A DNA stretch of 63,414 nt, the filler included, from Reticulomyxa filosa (taxonomy: Eukaryota > Protista > Foraminifera): NCBI GenBank assembly GCA_000512085.1. It is 17 parts of 17 records of this genome, joined end to end, with 100 filler letters (N's around TTAATTAATTAA, not from the genome) between each part and the next. Parts side by side here need not be neighbours in the genome. Positions count along the whole stretch, not along the records: positions 1 to 4,845 come from ASPP01023948.1; positions 4,946 to 8,142 come from ASPP01019423.1; positions 8,243 to 11,050 come from ASPP01034046.1; positions 11,151 to 17,160 come from ASPP01020756.1; 13 more parts are not named here. One strand, written 5' to 3'. Positions 1-13,859 of the stretch are shown in pieces. The position numbers and the translations under genes are program-made. Under the pieces are notes generated by a model. The model saw only the letters and a list, made by a program, of their open reading frames with translations, was not told where the DNA came from and searched no databases. Each line of letters begins with the position of its first letter. The stretch's first letter is position 1.

Positions 1-34
1 TTTTTGTTGCTTTTTCCTTTTTTTTTTTTTTTTT

Positions 35-954
35 TTCGGAAAGACGTTGCAAGCAGAATCCCTAGAAATAAATAGGGGGGAAAAAAAATATACGATGGCA
101 TTATGTTTTAAACTTGAATATATTTATTCATAGTCGGAACAATTTTGTTTGCTAAATACTCAGCTAATCGACGCTGGGCACGTGTGGTTTCGATTATTAA
201 TGTTTGCGTCAAATCACAACACTGTGCAAACTCCTTCATTCCGTCACCATTTGCATCCAGGTACTTTGCTGGATATCTATCCAACACTTCCAATAGCTTG
301 GTAGCGTCTTGGAGTTGGTGTTTGCTAAATTTTCGAATGATCTCCTTCACTTGTTCCATCTTCTCAATTCCAACATCAACTTGGCGCAATAAATGCGTAA
401 AGTCCACGTCGTTTATTTGTATGCCCTTGTTCGTTCCAACGTTGTTGTTACTGTTGCTGTTTACACTTTGATTACTGCTACTCACATTACCATTACTTAT
501 ATTACTGCTATATACCATTTCATTTCCTCCTGCATTCACTCCCTTTTTTATTTTGATGACCCCCCCACCGGCAAAAATTTTTAAATAAAAAAAAAAAAAA
601 AAAGAGTGTTTAATACTTAACATTCAGATTGTCACTAAAATAATAGGCTGGCTTGGCTTCAATACCTCCAGAGTTTTGTGTTACCGGGTCACTCTCCATT
701 AAAAATTCATTTTCTTTCAGTTCCGTGGGTGGAGCGTCTAATGACTGTGCGTGATCTGGAACCGGAGGACTATCTTCAACATCCTCCTCGTCACTGTCAA
801 AGATCGGATTTGGCAAACCGCCAGCGTCATTGTTCTCGTTTTTTACTGGAGCACTACTGTCCGGACGCATGTCCAATATCCCTTCAAATGGGCCTTCAAA
901 TAGCCCATATTCTCCACTTTGCTGTCCATTTTGAAATGTTATACGGTCGGACAT
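35..954 (-). CDS. F-BAR/FCH-like domain protein, spliced, 3' end runs off the window
   Basis: ORFs 610..990 and 108..623 are joined by a GT-AG intron (~544-615). An acidic disordered N-terminus precedes a helical segment DFTHLLRQVDVGIEKMEQVKEIIRKF...LIIETTRAQRRLAEYLANKIVPTM, matching the FCH/F-BAR helix pattern by eye. Confidence 0.5.
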
Positions 955-1381
955 GAGAATTATAATGTAGTTTAATGCCTGAGTTTCCACTTAACCAAAC
1001 AAAACTGAACCTTCAACAACGTCAAAAAATCCTTTCTTCTAGTGTTTAACTGTGTTTTAGTCCGAACATTTGTTAACTGGTTATATTACTCAATCTTCAT
1101 TGTTTGTGACAATATTCGTGTTTTTTCAAGTTTTTTAGATAAATTTTTCATTATTCACTTACACTATTCGGCAATGTACGTGTATCCAATTGTAGTCTTT
1201 GTCATTTTTTTATATACCAGATCAGAAACATATAAATGATTGACAAGATTCAAATGAAAAATAATAAACAATGCTTGAATCATAAATATTATTGTATCAT
1301 ACGCTACAGCGACACTAGAAATAGTAGACAGTGAAAATAAAAGAAAAGGGCCTAAAAGACTCTTTCAAGGGTGTATCCAAA

Positions 1382-2619
1382 ATGTTGACGTCTTGGATAG
1401 TCTTGCTTCTGTCTATAACATTAACCTTTGGTGATTTCATAATCACGGACGAAAAGTGGACAGGAGCAAATGGACAGTATGTTCTCTTCAAGCGCTTGAC
1501 GAACGTGTTGACAAACGAAACGGCGTTGATAAGCTATCATCCTGGAGGTCGCATTGAGCAGCTACTGTTGCGTCCAAAAAGAAATGCAAGTGAGTCGGAA
1601 GCAAGACTAGTGAGCGTGTTGGTAGGAAATAACGGCAATATAACTGCTTTTTTAGAAAACAAGTATTACAAATCTTGTCCACTGATCCCATGGGCAAACC
1701 GCATTGCGAACGCCACGTATACGTTCTACGGGACGTCCTACGACTTGCCAATCAACGAGCCTTCTCGAAACGACGCACTCCACGGATTTCTGTGTCAGCA
1801 AAATTTCACAGTAACTTTGGAGCGAGTGAGTAATTTTGGAGTGGCAGTCACATTAACCAAGACGTTTTCCAATCAGTTGCAAAACATGTATCCGGGATAT
1901 CCCTTCCAATTTACGGTTAATCTGACGTTCGAATTGAGTGCAGGAGGACTTTCGGTATATATGTACATATATATGTATATATATATTTTTTTTTAAATCA
2001 CAAGCCAAAAATACTAATTATTACCATTTTATTTATTTATTTATTTTTTTTTTGTTAGGTATTTGCAAAAGTTGTAAATTTGGAAAGCAAAAATGCAATG
2101 CCCTTTTATATGGGCTATCATCCTTATTTTAATGTGCAAGATGTGGGTCGGGCATGTATTGCACTCGACACCCGCTTTGGGTGGGTGGAGTTGTTGACGC
2201 AGGGCGATTTGCAAACTGGACCGCTGATTCCAACCGGACAATCGATTGTGTGGACTCAATGGGATGGACAACATCCCATTGGAACGAATGCGTCCAATAA
2301 TAATCTGCCCAACTACTATGACAATGGCTATCGCATTTTCTCCAAGGCTGGTCATTTCAACGGCTACAATGGCAGATTCTTGCCTGTTGAAAACAGAGTC
2401 ATTGACACTGTTGGTAATGTCACTTTTGTGTTGTGGCAAGACTCCAAACGTATGGTTTTCAGTCAATTGTTTACTGGTTTGCAAGAGAAAACTGGGGAAA
2501 AAGGGATCGCTTTGGAGCCTCAGTCAGGGAGTACCAATGCGTACAACAACGGAGATCATTTGACTGTACTCTATCCCGGTCAGGTATTTCAGAGTCGCTT
2601 TGGGTTTGTTGTAGAGTAG
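1382..2619 (+). CDS. Secreted aldose 1-epimerase (galactose mutarotase-like) family protein, 2 exons (intron 1955-2058)
   Basis: Motifs LIPWANRIANATYTF, LPINEPSRNDALHG, YPGYPF, PFYMGYHPYF and IALEPQ. Hydrophobic N-terminus MLTSWIVLLLSITLTFG. The GT-AG intron joins ORFs 1331..1996 and 2080..2619 in frame. Confidence 0.85.
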
Positions 2620-2899
2620 TGTTCTGTCTCTTGACCATTTAAAATAATTGCTAAGTGCATTATATCTTGTTATATTTGTTGCTACATATTCTCTTTCCCT
2701 ATCTTGGAATTATCTATTCCTCAATCGTTGTTTTATTCAGCTATTCTTTCTTAGTTAGAATTAACGTTATCTGCATTGTCTTCATTATCCACAAAGGAAT
2801 ACAAAACTGTACAAAATTAGAGAGTTTATTCTTTTTGTACGAAGCGAAATGAACATTATCCCTTTTAAATTTATAATCATATAATAATAATATTCTTCC

Positions 2900-4797
2900 A
2901 TGCAACGAAAAGCTCAACAAGAGCTTCAACAGGAAATCCTTATATATGCTTCAGCATATCGTGAGAAGCTTGAGGTGATTGTCCGAATCTTGAGCTTCCC
3001 TAGGTCCTGGAAGGAGGCTTATGTGTTGGATGTACTAAGAAAACTGGGCGAAGCATGGACTACAAATCTAAGACAAGTGCGTATTCAGGGGATTGAGACA
3101 GCAGAGATACTAGGACTAAGTGAGGCAACTGAGCAATTGAAATTGTATCACATTCTTTTGCGCTTGTTGTTGCCATCCAAAAGGTTATTTATAAAAAAGA
3201 AGAGTGCAAAGAAAAGCTGACACGAAACAAAGCAAACAAATAATAAACAACAGAATTGGTTATAAAATTGGAGGACGTGTCTGTAGAGTGCTGAGTTTAA
3301 TGAGTCATCGATTTCCGACATTTTCCGAAGGAGGACAAAAATCTCGATATATCGAAAGACGACAAAGAATAATTGCATCATCACAATTTCTTGAAAATGA
3401 AAACATTGGAAGAGCTGGAGAAGACAATGGAGAGTTGACAGAAATATATACCTGTTTGCAATTGATCTCACAAGTGTTGTGTAATATCGAAGAAAGAGAC
3501 CTTGACTTTATTGTCTATCAAACCGAAATATGTCGTCTTTTGATGAATATTGTCACAAAGTGCGTTTTATATCATCATCGAATGTCTTCTTACATTTTAT
3601 ACATACTCACATATATTTACACGTGCATTTACATTAAAACTTACAATGAGAAAAAAAAAAAAAAAAAAAAGAAACACAATAGTCCAAATGGATTGTAATA
3701 ACTATTCAATATTACCACATTTGGTAAATTTATTGCGACGACATTTTGACAATTCATTAGACGGATTTTATGTATTTCAAAAACTGCAGAGTAGTTCCAG
3801 TATCCCAACGACCGAACAAAAAAAAATGGTATCAATTTACAATGGCATTGTTCAATTGATCTGCAATATTCTCAAAGCGCTCATTGCTATGCAAGAGCAG
3901 TTTTGTTTTATTTTGTTTTGTTTTGTTTTGTTTTGTTTGTTGTTCGTTTGATTGTATTCCATTGGTTTCGTGTATTAATACATATATTGTATATCCAAAG
4001 AAATGGTAACACACGAGAAAAGTTTTTGCAACTCGGCGGTATGGATTGGATTTTCAAATGCTTGAAACACCCACTTGCATCGATTCGAGTTTTGGCCTTG
4101 GAATATGTTGCCACATGTTGCGTTGACAATTATTTTTCTCTGAAACAAGTTTTGTTTTGTTTTGTTTTGTATTACTTTGCTTTGCACTAATTCGTCTTAT
4201 TTTCTATTTTCGTTTATATATTTTTCATGTTGCTTGTGCAATTGAATAAAAAACAAGTTTTTAAAGTTGGGCGGTATGACGTTATTGTTACAACTGTTGC
4301 AATATTTTAGCCACAATTTGGAAGCCTTTAGTGGCAAGCATGCCGCGGTTCACAAGCGTACCTGCTTTTATGTCATTCGGACGTTGTGTCTGCTGTGCAA
4401 CGGGTTAAGTCTTGTTGTATGTACATTTTGAACACTCCTTGCATTTGTTTCGTTTTTGTTTTGTTTTTTTTTCATTGTTGAAATGCCGCACAAAAAAAAA
4501 AAAAAACAACAAAGCAATCCATCTGCTCAAGTGTCCTTTTATGAAAACAAAGGATGGCAGCCGGTGTTAGAATTTGTAAGAAAATTCGAAGAATTAACGA
4601 AAGAGATCAATGACACTGACGAAAAAAATCCAAATAAGCGAGAGAATGAAGACGACGAAGATAATGACAATGACAATGAGGATAACAACGAGGATGAGAA
4701 TGGTGAAATCGATATGCATGACCCCTTTGATGTTGAGGACAAGCCTCGTAAGAACGATAGTCTCAATGATATGGATGACATGGCCAACAACAATCAC

Positions 4798-4838
<41 letters not shown>
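2900..4838 (+). CDS. Armadillo/HEAT-like repeat protein with acidic/Asn-rich tail, multi-exon, truncated at contig end
   Basis: Repeated ARM-like units (REKFLQLGGMDWIFKCL, FLKLGGMTLLLQLL, QVSFYENKGWQPVLEFV) are separated by short GT-AG introns (e.g. 4149-4257, 4404-4514). Some exon junctions are not resolved. Confidence 0.6.
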
Positions 4839-4845
4839 GTAACAA

Positions 4846-4945
4846 NNNNNNNNNNNNNNNNNNNNNNNNNNNNNNNNNNNNNNNNNNNNTTAATTAATTA
4901 ANNNNNNNNNNNNNNNNNNNNNNNNNNNNNNNNNNNNNNNNNNNN
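4846..4945. other. Artificial contig linker (N44-TTAATTAATTAA-N44). Identical linkers at 8143, 11051, 17161, 18831, 23139, 28606, 32203, 35825, 36984, 41995, 43900, 47755, 53195, 56000, 57100.
   Basis: 16 identical 100-nt blocks. The core provides TAA stops in all six frames. Confidence 0.98.
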
Positions 4946-6169
4946 CCACCTAAAGAAGATCATTCGTCCGCACAATCAGATTCTCAACAGACATCTATAC
5001 AAGAGTCGAAGTAATTATTGTTGCTTTTAACACTATCACAAGGTTACATTACCATATTGGTTTAATCTTTTTTTTTTGTAAAGTTGAATGACAATCAATT
5101 CTCAATACTTTTTTTTGCGTACTCTGAATGCCTTTTATTTGTTTTCGAAAAAAAATTCATTACCTTTTAATAAAATTATTACTCCTGCTCACTCTTGAGA
5201 GGAAATCATCTCTCCTTTTTGATTACATTTTCTCATTGCTCAGAGTGGAAAGTTTGTCAACTATAAACTGCCCTTGTCCAAAATCAAACCTGAAACCAAA
5301 ATTAATACCAAATTCGAAACTAAACACAACTCCAAATTTTATGTCAGCTTGACCTATACTTAATAGTATCGAATACAATTAAAACACTTACACACATTTA
5401 GTGCACTTTTATTCTATGCCATTGCTTGTAATGAAGTGGTTGTGAGGAGTGGAAAATATGTAAGAACACCAAGAGATCAAAAAATAAATTTGTTTTCAAT
5501 CGTGAAGGTGTTTTCATTTTTACTTCTTCAAGGGGAGAAAAAATTGTTGATTGGCAATAATCTACGTTCGGTTTTGTTTTCATTTGTTCTCACTTTATAT
5601 TCTTTTTTTGCATTGTGAAGGTATCTCCTTTTACTGCAATCTACATTATTATTTTTATCAATTCAAGTATAGAATATTTTATTTAATTGTTTTTCATTAC
5701 GTTTATTTAAAAGTTCTTTAAGTTACTCAATGCACTTGATATAAATACTTCGAAATGAGATCAAAAGTGAACATACTTGTTCATGTTCTTTTGATTTATT
5801 TGATTCATACAAACAATTGATCGCTTTACTTTAGGAAACAAAAACTCCAAGCTAATTACGTAATGTTTTAAATATTTTGTTTGAAAATGATACATATTGT
5901 TGTTATTTATACAAATGAAAAAGAACAAAATAATAAATGAAAGTAAAAAAAAAAAGAATGGGATAGCATCCTTTTCTTTTTAAAAATAAAAAGATATTTC
6001 TTATTTTTTCCCAATTTTAAATTAATTTGATTATACAAAAAATAAGACAGTATATCAATCAAACGCTTATAAAATGTGCAAAGTACACTAAAAAAAAAAT
6101 CACCTACAACATATATACGTACAAGGCCCAACTAATTCAAAAAAAAAAAGGGGGTAAGCAAGTGCCAAA

Positions 6170-6820
6170 GTAATAACCGGTTGTGTTGTGGTTTTAATGC
6201 CGCCAAAGTATACTAAAAACTAATCAGATGGCCAGGCATGTGTTCTTGTGGAATGAGGTTATAATCAAATATTATTTGATATATCGTCACAAGTGTTCAA
6301 GTAGACACTTCAATCCATATTCATAAGATAGCAATCATATCACCTTGATTTATGTATTTGAGGATTGGTAAAGTACTTTCGCTTCCGAAAATGCGTGATA
6401 TGCGCATAACCGGAATAAAGCTGACCAAAATCTAAATAAGTTGTGTTCCAACGTAATGTGCTAATGTTGCAAGGAAATAGCTGTATTATTGTGAAATACT
6501 ATACGATATGTGAGTATAGTCATGTTCGTAACTCTTTCAATTTATTTTCCACTAACAAATCCTTGTCATGAGTGTCCACATTGTGTTGATTTGCTGGCAT
6601 TTTATATACATCCAGCCTTCTGTCGAACAGTTTTGTATTTGATTGCACCCAATGCAAGAACCGTCTGACAGACATTGCCATGTCGACAGTCGCTACCAAA
6701 GTGCTACACCTTAATACCTACTACAATGATACCATCTTTTTCAGCAATTTTTTTTGATTGTTCAATAACTGTCTGACTTTAAAGATCATCAATTACAACA
6801 TCAAAAAACTTTTTTTTTCA
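6170..6820 (-). pseudogene. Degraded coding remnant, possibly a KRE2/MNT1 (GT15) mannosyltransferase-like fragment
   Basis: Broken frames give ...DFGQLYSGYAHITHFRKRKYFTNPQI..., loosely resembling the GT15 GYRHMCRF..FF.HP motif. Multiple stops and frameshifts. Confidence 0.25.
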
Positions 6821-7059
6821 TGGTCCGTTTTGCTGTCACTGACAACGTTATCAAGTCAAAAAAATAATTTTCCAATTTTGTTCAAAAATTACTAAAACTT
6901 GTTATTTTTTAAAATATTTTAAATCCAAATTATTGTTTATGTTCACACTTTTGTTGCCTTGACGAACTTTTTTCTCCCCCTTCATATTTGCTGCATGAGA
7001 TTTTCTTTTCTACAATAAAGAAGCTGAGTGATTTACATAACATACTAGTACTTTACTCA

Positions 7060-7612
7060 ATTGCATGCTTACCTTGCTGTTGATCCTGCTAACGTGGTCT
7101 AACAACCTGTCAGCATATTGTGGGCTCTAGGTGCTCAATGTGGTGCTTTTTCTTAAGACGCTTTTGGTGTACGAGTGTCAAATCTTCAAAACGGGCAGAT
7201 TCAATGGAGACACTCACTCTGACAGCAACTTGCTAATGATCAATGAATATCTTTGGTCTATTAACTATGGTCAGTTGAAGCACCGTCACTTGGTCGAACT
7301 GACCATTGCAATGGCCGATCGCAATTTGGAATATATTGTCAAAAAGATTGAGAAAATGATGTTTCAATCCCCAAGCACATGGACCCTTACTTCATAAAAG
7401 TCATGACCACCATTGAAGTTGGTTACTTGGATAATGAATTTGGAAAGGTACGTCATCATCACGGGCGTGTCAAAGAACATTCTTTCTCTTGTGAGGCTTT
7501 TATCAGCCTGGCTAGATCTACGTATGTTTTCACAAAAAATAACAGCAAATGAAAATTATGCTAAACGCGTGGGACGGCACAAGCGTTTTTACAAGAGATT
7601 GGAGTTGTGTAG
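7060..7612 (+). pseudogene. ABC1/UbiB atypical kinase pseudogene (C-terminal half)
   Basis: QIFKTGRFNGDTHSDSNLLM...INYGQLK is a decayed QIF..G.FNGDPHPGN.L...IDYGQVK motif. It is followed by a frameshifted KHMDPYFI and ends AQAFLQEIGVV*. Catalytic residues are lost. Confidence 0.55.
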
Positions 7613-8924
7613 GTATCTTTTTTTGGAGGTGTTTTTCATCTTGTTTACTGTCTACAAGTCAAAGTGCAATCAATCCTTTTTTTCAGATAATCTATTTTTT
7701 CACCCAATCAAAAAAAAAAAAGAAATAAAATGTAAAACAGTTGTGATATACATAATATACAAACACATACATAGATTATGTTAAAGATGGAGGAAATGCT
7801 AAGTGAGAATTTTTGTAGTGAATATTTTATTCTTGTTTTTTTTTTTTTTTGAAATTGTTGAAATTTGTAATGTATACACTTTTTCCATTTAATTTTTTTC
7901 TTTGATTGGAGATAGTGCTTTTTTTGATCTACAAGCATTTATCTTCTTAAGTGAAAGAATTTTAAATTAGAAAAGAACCAACTGTTTCAGCCTTGGACTA
8001 TAGTGAAATGCACAAAACAAATTCATTTTTCAATCAACTTAATATTTGCATAAATCATTTGCAATCCATTTAAAGTTTTACAAATACATTCGTTTGCCAT
8101 AACATTTTTCTTAAAGTGGTTTATTGCTCATTGAATGTCCTTNNNNNNNNNNNNNNNNNNNNNNNNNNNNNNNNNNNNNNNNNNNNTTAATTAATTAANN
8201 NNNNNNNNNNNNNNNNNNNNNNNNNNNNNNNNNNNNNNNNNNAAATGGAATAACATATGATCGATCATCAATTATAAATCAATATAAAAATATTCCAAAT
8301 TATTCTTCTTTAATGAATAATGGAAATTTAGTACTTTATCCTGATTTTGCTTTGAAACAAAAAATTCAACAATTTTTGGAAAACTTAAAATAATTTTCAT
8401 TTTTTGATTGTAAAGTTCTTTTGCTTGTATCAAGCATTTTTTTCAAGCTTTAACTTGGATTGAATTAACATGTTGTGTTTCAAAGCAAAAGTACATCAAA
8501 AAATTTTGAATTTTTTGTTGCAAAAGAGAATCAGGAAAGAGCGCTAACCATTAATTTTTATTTTTTTATCACAAGCAAAAATTGATGAAGAAAGGATATA
8601 CTTTCTTTGTCTTTTGATCATCAACAAAAAACCTTTTTTTCCTACAAAGGGATTGCGAATATCCTCAAGAAGAGAAAAATAAATTTTATTTGTTCCAGTT
8701 GGTTCTTTGGATCAAAAGTAGTAAGTTTCGATTGATAAAATTAGAGTGATTCTGAAAACTTTTTATCCGTATTAGAATTATTAAAATCTTTAACTTACAG
8801 ATTTACCATACTTTAATCAAGCAAAAATAAACGTAAATTTTACTTTTCTCATGAAATAATTTAACAAGTTTTTTTTAAAAAAACTTTTAACATTCTTAAT
8901 AGCTTCTGCATATTACCAACCTGA

Positions 8925-9235
8925 GTAATCAAAACTTTCAAAACTTGAAGGATTTACTCATTCCACTTTCTGACTCTCAATGTGTCTTATACAAACATGA
9001 ACTCCTCATTTGTGGAGGTTTTAAGCAAAGAGATTGTTATTCGTATCATACACTCAAAGACGAATACAAGTTTATCTGTGAGTATCCAAGTGATATTACA
9101 TTAGAAGGACACTGTGCAGTGATGACAACAACAGCAACAACAAAGACAGCGATGAAATCACTTTGTTATCTTTTGGCGGATCTAAATATTCAAAGAAGCA
9201 TACATTGGTAATGAATTATATAAGTGTTTGGAATA
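8925..9235 (+). pseudogene. Kelch/beta-propeller-like expanded family fragment
   Basis: LKDLLIPLSDSQCVLYKHELLICGG..RDCYSYHTLKDEYKFICEYP..LEGHC, then a frameshift to EITLLSFGG..KHTLVM. Paralogous to 10762-11031 and 47539-47754. Confidence 0.7.
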
Positions 9236-10761
9236 AGAATAGTAGAAGTAATACATTTAAGAAAAGGAAACAATGCTATCATTGTTTTATAAAAATCTAA
9301 AAATGGACAAGAAAAAAATTTGAAACGATATTGTATATGATAAAGAAAGTAATATTTTTCAATTGAGGGGAAACGTGCAGCTGCAGAAAGAAAAGAAAAG
9401 AAAGAAAGTTTAATTGAGAATATTGGGTTAATGAAGAAATGCATTCGACCACAAGCTCAAAGTATTTTAATGAGTGTAATGAATACAATCAACAAAGTCC
9501 CTTTTTGGTAACAATTGCAGTTAATATAAACAAAGGTCACTATATAATATAAACATATATAAGTTCATTATTATCACGTATAAAAACAACACACACCATT
9601 ACATGCACATATACTTGAACAGAATTTCTAGATGGAAAGAGATAATTGGACAACTTGATCCAGAAATCAAAGCGTTCTTTTGTGCATGAATCCGGTCGGA
9701 TTCCAATCGATTAGTAGATTTCTTTCCGAAATTTGGAGAATCAAAGAAAAAATTAATCATTGTGTTCAACAAAAAAGTATTTAAAATTGTGAATAATCAT
9801 TTTAGTTGACACGTGCTGACAATTATTTGAATCAGCAATTTTGTAAAAGAAATGAAGTTTGTTTTTTTCCACAACTGAAATAAATAAAATATTTTTAATA
9901 ATTTATTTCTATTAATACACATTACGAATACTATCGATGTGTACAAACTTCAAAATATGCAACTCTGTTATGGTAACAACGATAAATATTATATGCAATA
10001 TTTTATAAACACGAATTGGAAAGTGAAAAATTTGTCAAAAAAAGCAAACAAAACAATATATCAATAGATCAAAGCGAATGATTATCAGTTTGTGAAAATC
10101 AAATTACCAAAGCTTTTTTTTTATTTTTTATTTTGCCCCTTTTTCCATTTAAAAAAAACTCCTTAAAGGGCTCGGCAAAAAAAAGAAAACACTTTTTATT
10201 ATAATTTTGTTATGTTTTTTCTTGTGAGACAATAATCCTTTCACACAAGAAAAAAATCAGACAAAAAAAAAGAATCATTAATTTCTTTTCATCTTTGAAT
10301 TGATGTTGTGTTTACACTAAACGGCTCGTTGTTATGAAGTACAACAACAGTTTAGTTCAGTTGGCTGTAATTCAGAAACAACTAGATCAAGATGCCACAA
10401 AAACAGCAGCGCAACCATAGAGTGAAGCCTCTCTCGTTCACCACATTGATTGTGAAATCTGAAGGCAATCATTTCATTATCATCAATTCACTGAGATGTA
10501 TGCAAATTTTTTTAAATGTAATTGTAATTTTACTTTTATTTTTTAATTTGTTTTAATTTATCCCTGTTCAAGTGCTATTGACAATGATAAAAAAAATAAA
10601 TAAGATATATTATAAAATAATTCATTTTTTACATAATTTTATCAGTACAAATAGATTATGTCAATATATTGATTCATTTGGATAACAGATATATATCCAA
10701 AATTATCTTTTTTTTAAATTGGTAATTAGGAATAAAAGTTAAAAAAATCACATTGGATAAC

Positions 10762-11031
10762 TCAAAAAAAAAAAAACACACAATGTCCATTGAATTGAAT
10801 ATCATTGTGATAAGAGCAGATGTATTTGTATTTTTTTTTCAGAGTATGATACGAGTAACAGTCGTTGATTTCATAGCCACCACAAATAAGAAGTTCTTCC
10901 TTGAATAAAAGGCATTGTGAAGTTCCAAAAGTTTTTGGTAATTCAGGCAAAATTTGAAGTAGTTGTTGACTTGAGTAGACATTGTTAGATGGCTGACGAT
11001 TGGCCATGCTTTGGCTAATTGTGCCAGCCAT
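10762..11031 (-). pseudogene. Kelch/beta-propeller-like expanded family fragment (truncated)
   Basis: LPELPKTFGTSQCLLFKEELLICGGYEINDCYSYHTLKKKYKYICSY..FNGHCV. The frame is lost at a poly-T tract. Confidence 0.65.
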
Positions 11032-11151
11032 TTTAAAATAGGATGTAAAANNNNNNNNNNNNNNNNNNNNNNNNNNNNNNNNNNNNNNNNNNNNTTAATT
11101 AATTAANNNNNNNNNNNNNNNNNNNNNNNNNNNNNNNNNNNNNNNNNNNNA

Positions 11152-11391
11152 AAATTTGACACAAGCATTGCGGCTTTGGCCATTGCTTGGTGCTTAAAAA
11201 ATAAAAATGTTAGCACTGTTTTATTGGGAGCCACTAGTGTTCAACAAATCACCGAAAATTTAAAAGCTTTGGATGTCGCCAGAAAAATTACTAAAACTCA
11301 TTTGGCCGAAATTGAAGAAATTGTCAAAAACAAACCAAAACAAGACGGTGATTGGGGAAGAAATTTGGAAGTCACTATTGAAACTGATTAA
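11152..11391 (+). CDS. Aldo-keto reductase, Kv-beta subunit (AKR6)-like, C-terminal fragment
   Basis: ALAIAWCLKNKNVSTVLLGATSVQQITENLKAL...EIEEIVKNKP matches the Kv-beta C-terminus. The 5' part is lost at the contig edge. Confidence 0.85.
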   Translation, partial: KFDTSIAALAIAWCLKNKNVSTVLLGATSVQQITENLKALDVARKITKTHLAEIEEIVKNKPKQDGDWGRNLEVTIETD

Positions 11392-12084
11392 TCATCTTTT
11401 CAAATCACAAAAAAATGGTGATAAAGTTGAATTCTTGTAAAATCCTATTTTTTTATAAATTTGAATCTTAAAATTGATGAGAAGAGTGTAGCTTTAAAAC
11501 CTCTCATCACACAAGACATAGCCATTTTTTCGAAGTAATATTATCTCTTGCAATAGTTTCACCCCTTGCTAAATGTCGCGATTTAAGTCGCTTACGTTAA
11601 TAACCCCCTCGTCTAGAGCAAGCACGATAATTGTTTGTTATTTTACTTTTGGGTAGTGTTATTTCAACTAAATCACACGAATATCAAACAAAATGGCACA
11701 TGAACACAACAAAAATTATCAACCAATAGTTGTTTGTACATTCTAAACAGTTGGCAAAATGATGCATTGACGAACTTTCTTAAGTTAGTCTACTTGATTG
11801 CTTTGTTTACGTTGATAATTCTTTCATTTTGTTGATGACACAAAAAATTAAGTATATTTTTATTTTGAAAGTTTCTAAACTGTTTGGACTTGCCAGTCAA
11901 AAAAAAGCTAAAAGCAAAGTTGTTTTTGAATATTTCTTCTGTTCAAACAAAAATTATCAAGACCAACAAAGAAGAAACCACACAATCAGTAAATATTTAT
12001 TCATACATTTCGGAAATACCTTTGCTAAAGCGAACGTATTTTACTACACGAATGGCTTAAGAGAAAGAGATAAATTTGATAATT

Positions 12085-13100
12085 GAAAATGGCTTCGAAT
12101 GCCACACATCGAATTTGGGTGGATAGCTGATTTTGACAAGATGATTATTAAATATGTTATGTTGTTTATTTCATTATGTTTCTTTGAATGAATATAATTT
12201 TTTAAATGTTTATTCGAACATAGGCCAAACATTTTCATTATTGAAAATCTTGCAAGGACATGAAAATACAGTAAACAATATAAGATTTTCATTAGACAAT
12301 CGAAAGATTGTTTCATCGTTGGATGACAAAACAGTCCAAATATGGGATATTGCATCTGAAGAGCCAATTCAAACTTTTAGAGGACATTTGAATTGGAGTT
12401 ATAGCGCGCAATTTTCACCAAATAATGATATTGCTGTATCGTGTTTACGAGATGAAACAATCTGATTATGGGACATAAAATCAGGAAAAGAATTGCTGTA
12501 CTGAAAAATATTCATTGTGTATGGGATGTTAATTTTTCTGCAAACAGTAAAAATATTGTGTCAGGCCACAGACAATAAAGTGAGAATTTGGGAAGTGATG
12601 TCAGGAAAAGAGATCCAAAAATTGCTTGGTCATTCAGATTCTATAACAAATACAAAATTTTCATCAGATGGTCAAATGATTGTTTCCGAATTTTGTGACA
12701 AAACTGTTGTCATATGGGAGATAAAATCAGGTAAAAGCTTGGAACATTGAATGGGCATACTGGAAGTATAATGTATGCGAGATTTTCTCCAGATAATCAA
12801 TTTGTTGTATCTTGTTCACATGATAAAACGATTCGGATATGGGGTATTGAATCAGGAGAGCAATTGAAAATATTAGAAGGACATTTTGATTGTGTGAGAA
12901 AAGTGTAATATTTTCCAGATGGGCAAACTATTGTATTCTGCTCAGATGATTATACAACTCGATTATGGGATGTGAAAACAGGACAGACAATTCAAATATT
13001 GATAGGATATTTTGGTGCAGTAATAGGGATAGATGTTCCATTAGATGGAAGTCTAATTGTCTCTTGCTCTTTTGATCAAACAATCCGAATATGAAGATAG
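12085..13100 (+). pseudogene. WD40-repeat (G-beta-like) pseudogene
   Basis: Repeats LQGHENTVNNIRFS..KIVSSLDDKTVQIWD and LLGHSDSITNTKFSSDGQMIVS, interrupted by several stops and frameshifts. Confidence 0.85.
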
Positions 13101-13859
13101 CAACTAAATTTTTTTGATAAAAAAAGATTGAATTCATTTTAACATTGAAAATATTTTAATTGGAAAAGCTACAAAAAATAATCTCTAGAAAGGTTTTGCC
13201 AATGAGCAATACTGGGATATCCATTCAACTTTGTTGCCTGTACACCAATCTTAAGCTCTTTATCACATTAGACCTACATTAAATAAGGAATTCAGAATAA
13301 GGGAAGTTCATATTTCATTACGTGTCCATCATTGTAACATTCCTTTGTTAAAGGAATGTGGAAAACACAAAAGCAGCCTGATAAAATGATAGTGAGCAAA
13401 TTTAGATTTAAAAATAGGATATATACATCCATTTGCAAAGGAAAATGTTTACAAAATGTTATGTAAAATCAAATGATGATAATGTTTTGAAATATGTATT
13501 ATAAAAAGTTGATTATAACAAATACACTTGGTTATAATATAGTAGATTACAGAAAAAACCTGCCTAAAATACCATCTTATGAAAATGATCGTTTTTTACA
13601 GAAAAACAAATATTTTAATCAATTTTTAACATCATTACAATTTTTTTTGCAAATTTTAATTTTTTTAAATTTCATTGCTTTTTTCCATTGTATTTCTTTT
13701 AAATACTATTGCAATTTAAAATTGCTTTTTTGTTGAACGGGCATGAAGAATAACGCTACTAAAATTGTTGGCCATCCCAATTCAAACATTATTCTCAGTC
13801 AAAAAAGAAGACCCTTTAAAAACTGTCAAATTGTGTCGTAACTTTTTCTTTTGTTATAT

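Noticed and set aside
7060-7550. Stop-codon reassignment (a frame with scattered TAA/TGA)
   Set aside because: The stop density is what a non-coding frame would give. The real homology (ABC1) lies mostly in another frame, and conserved genes here end at TAA/TAG/TGA normally.
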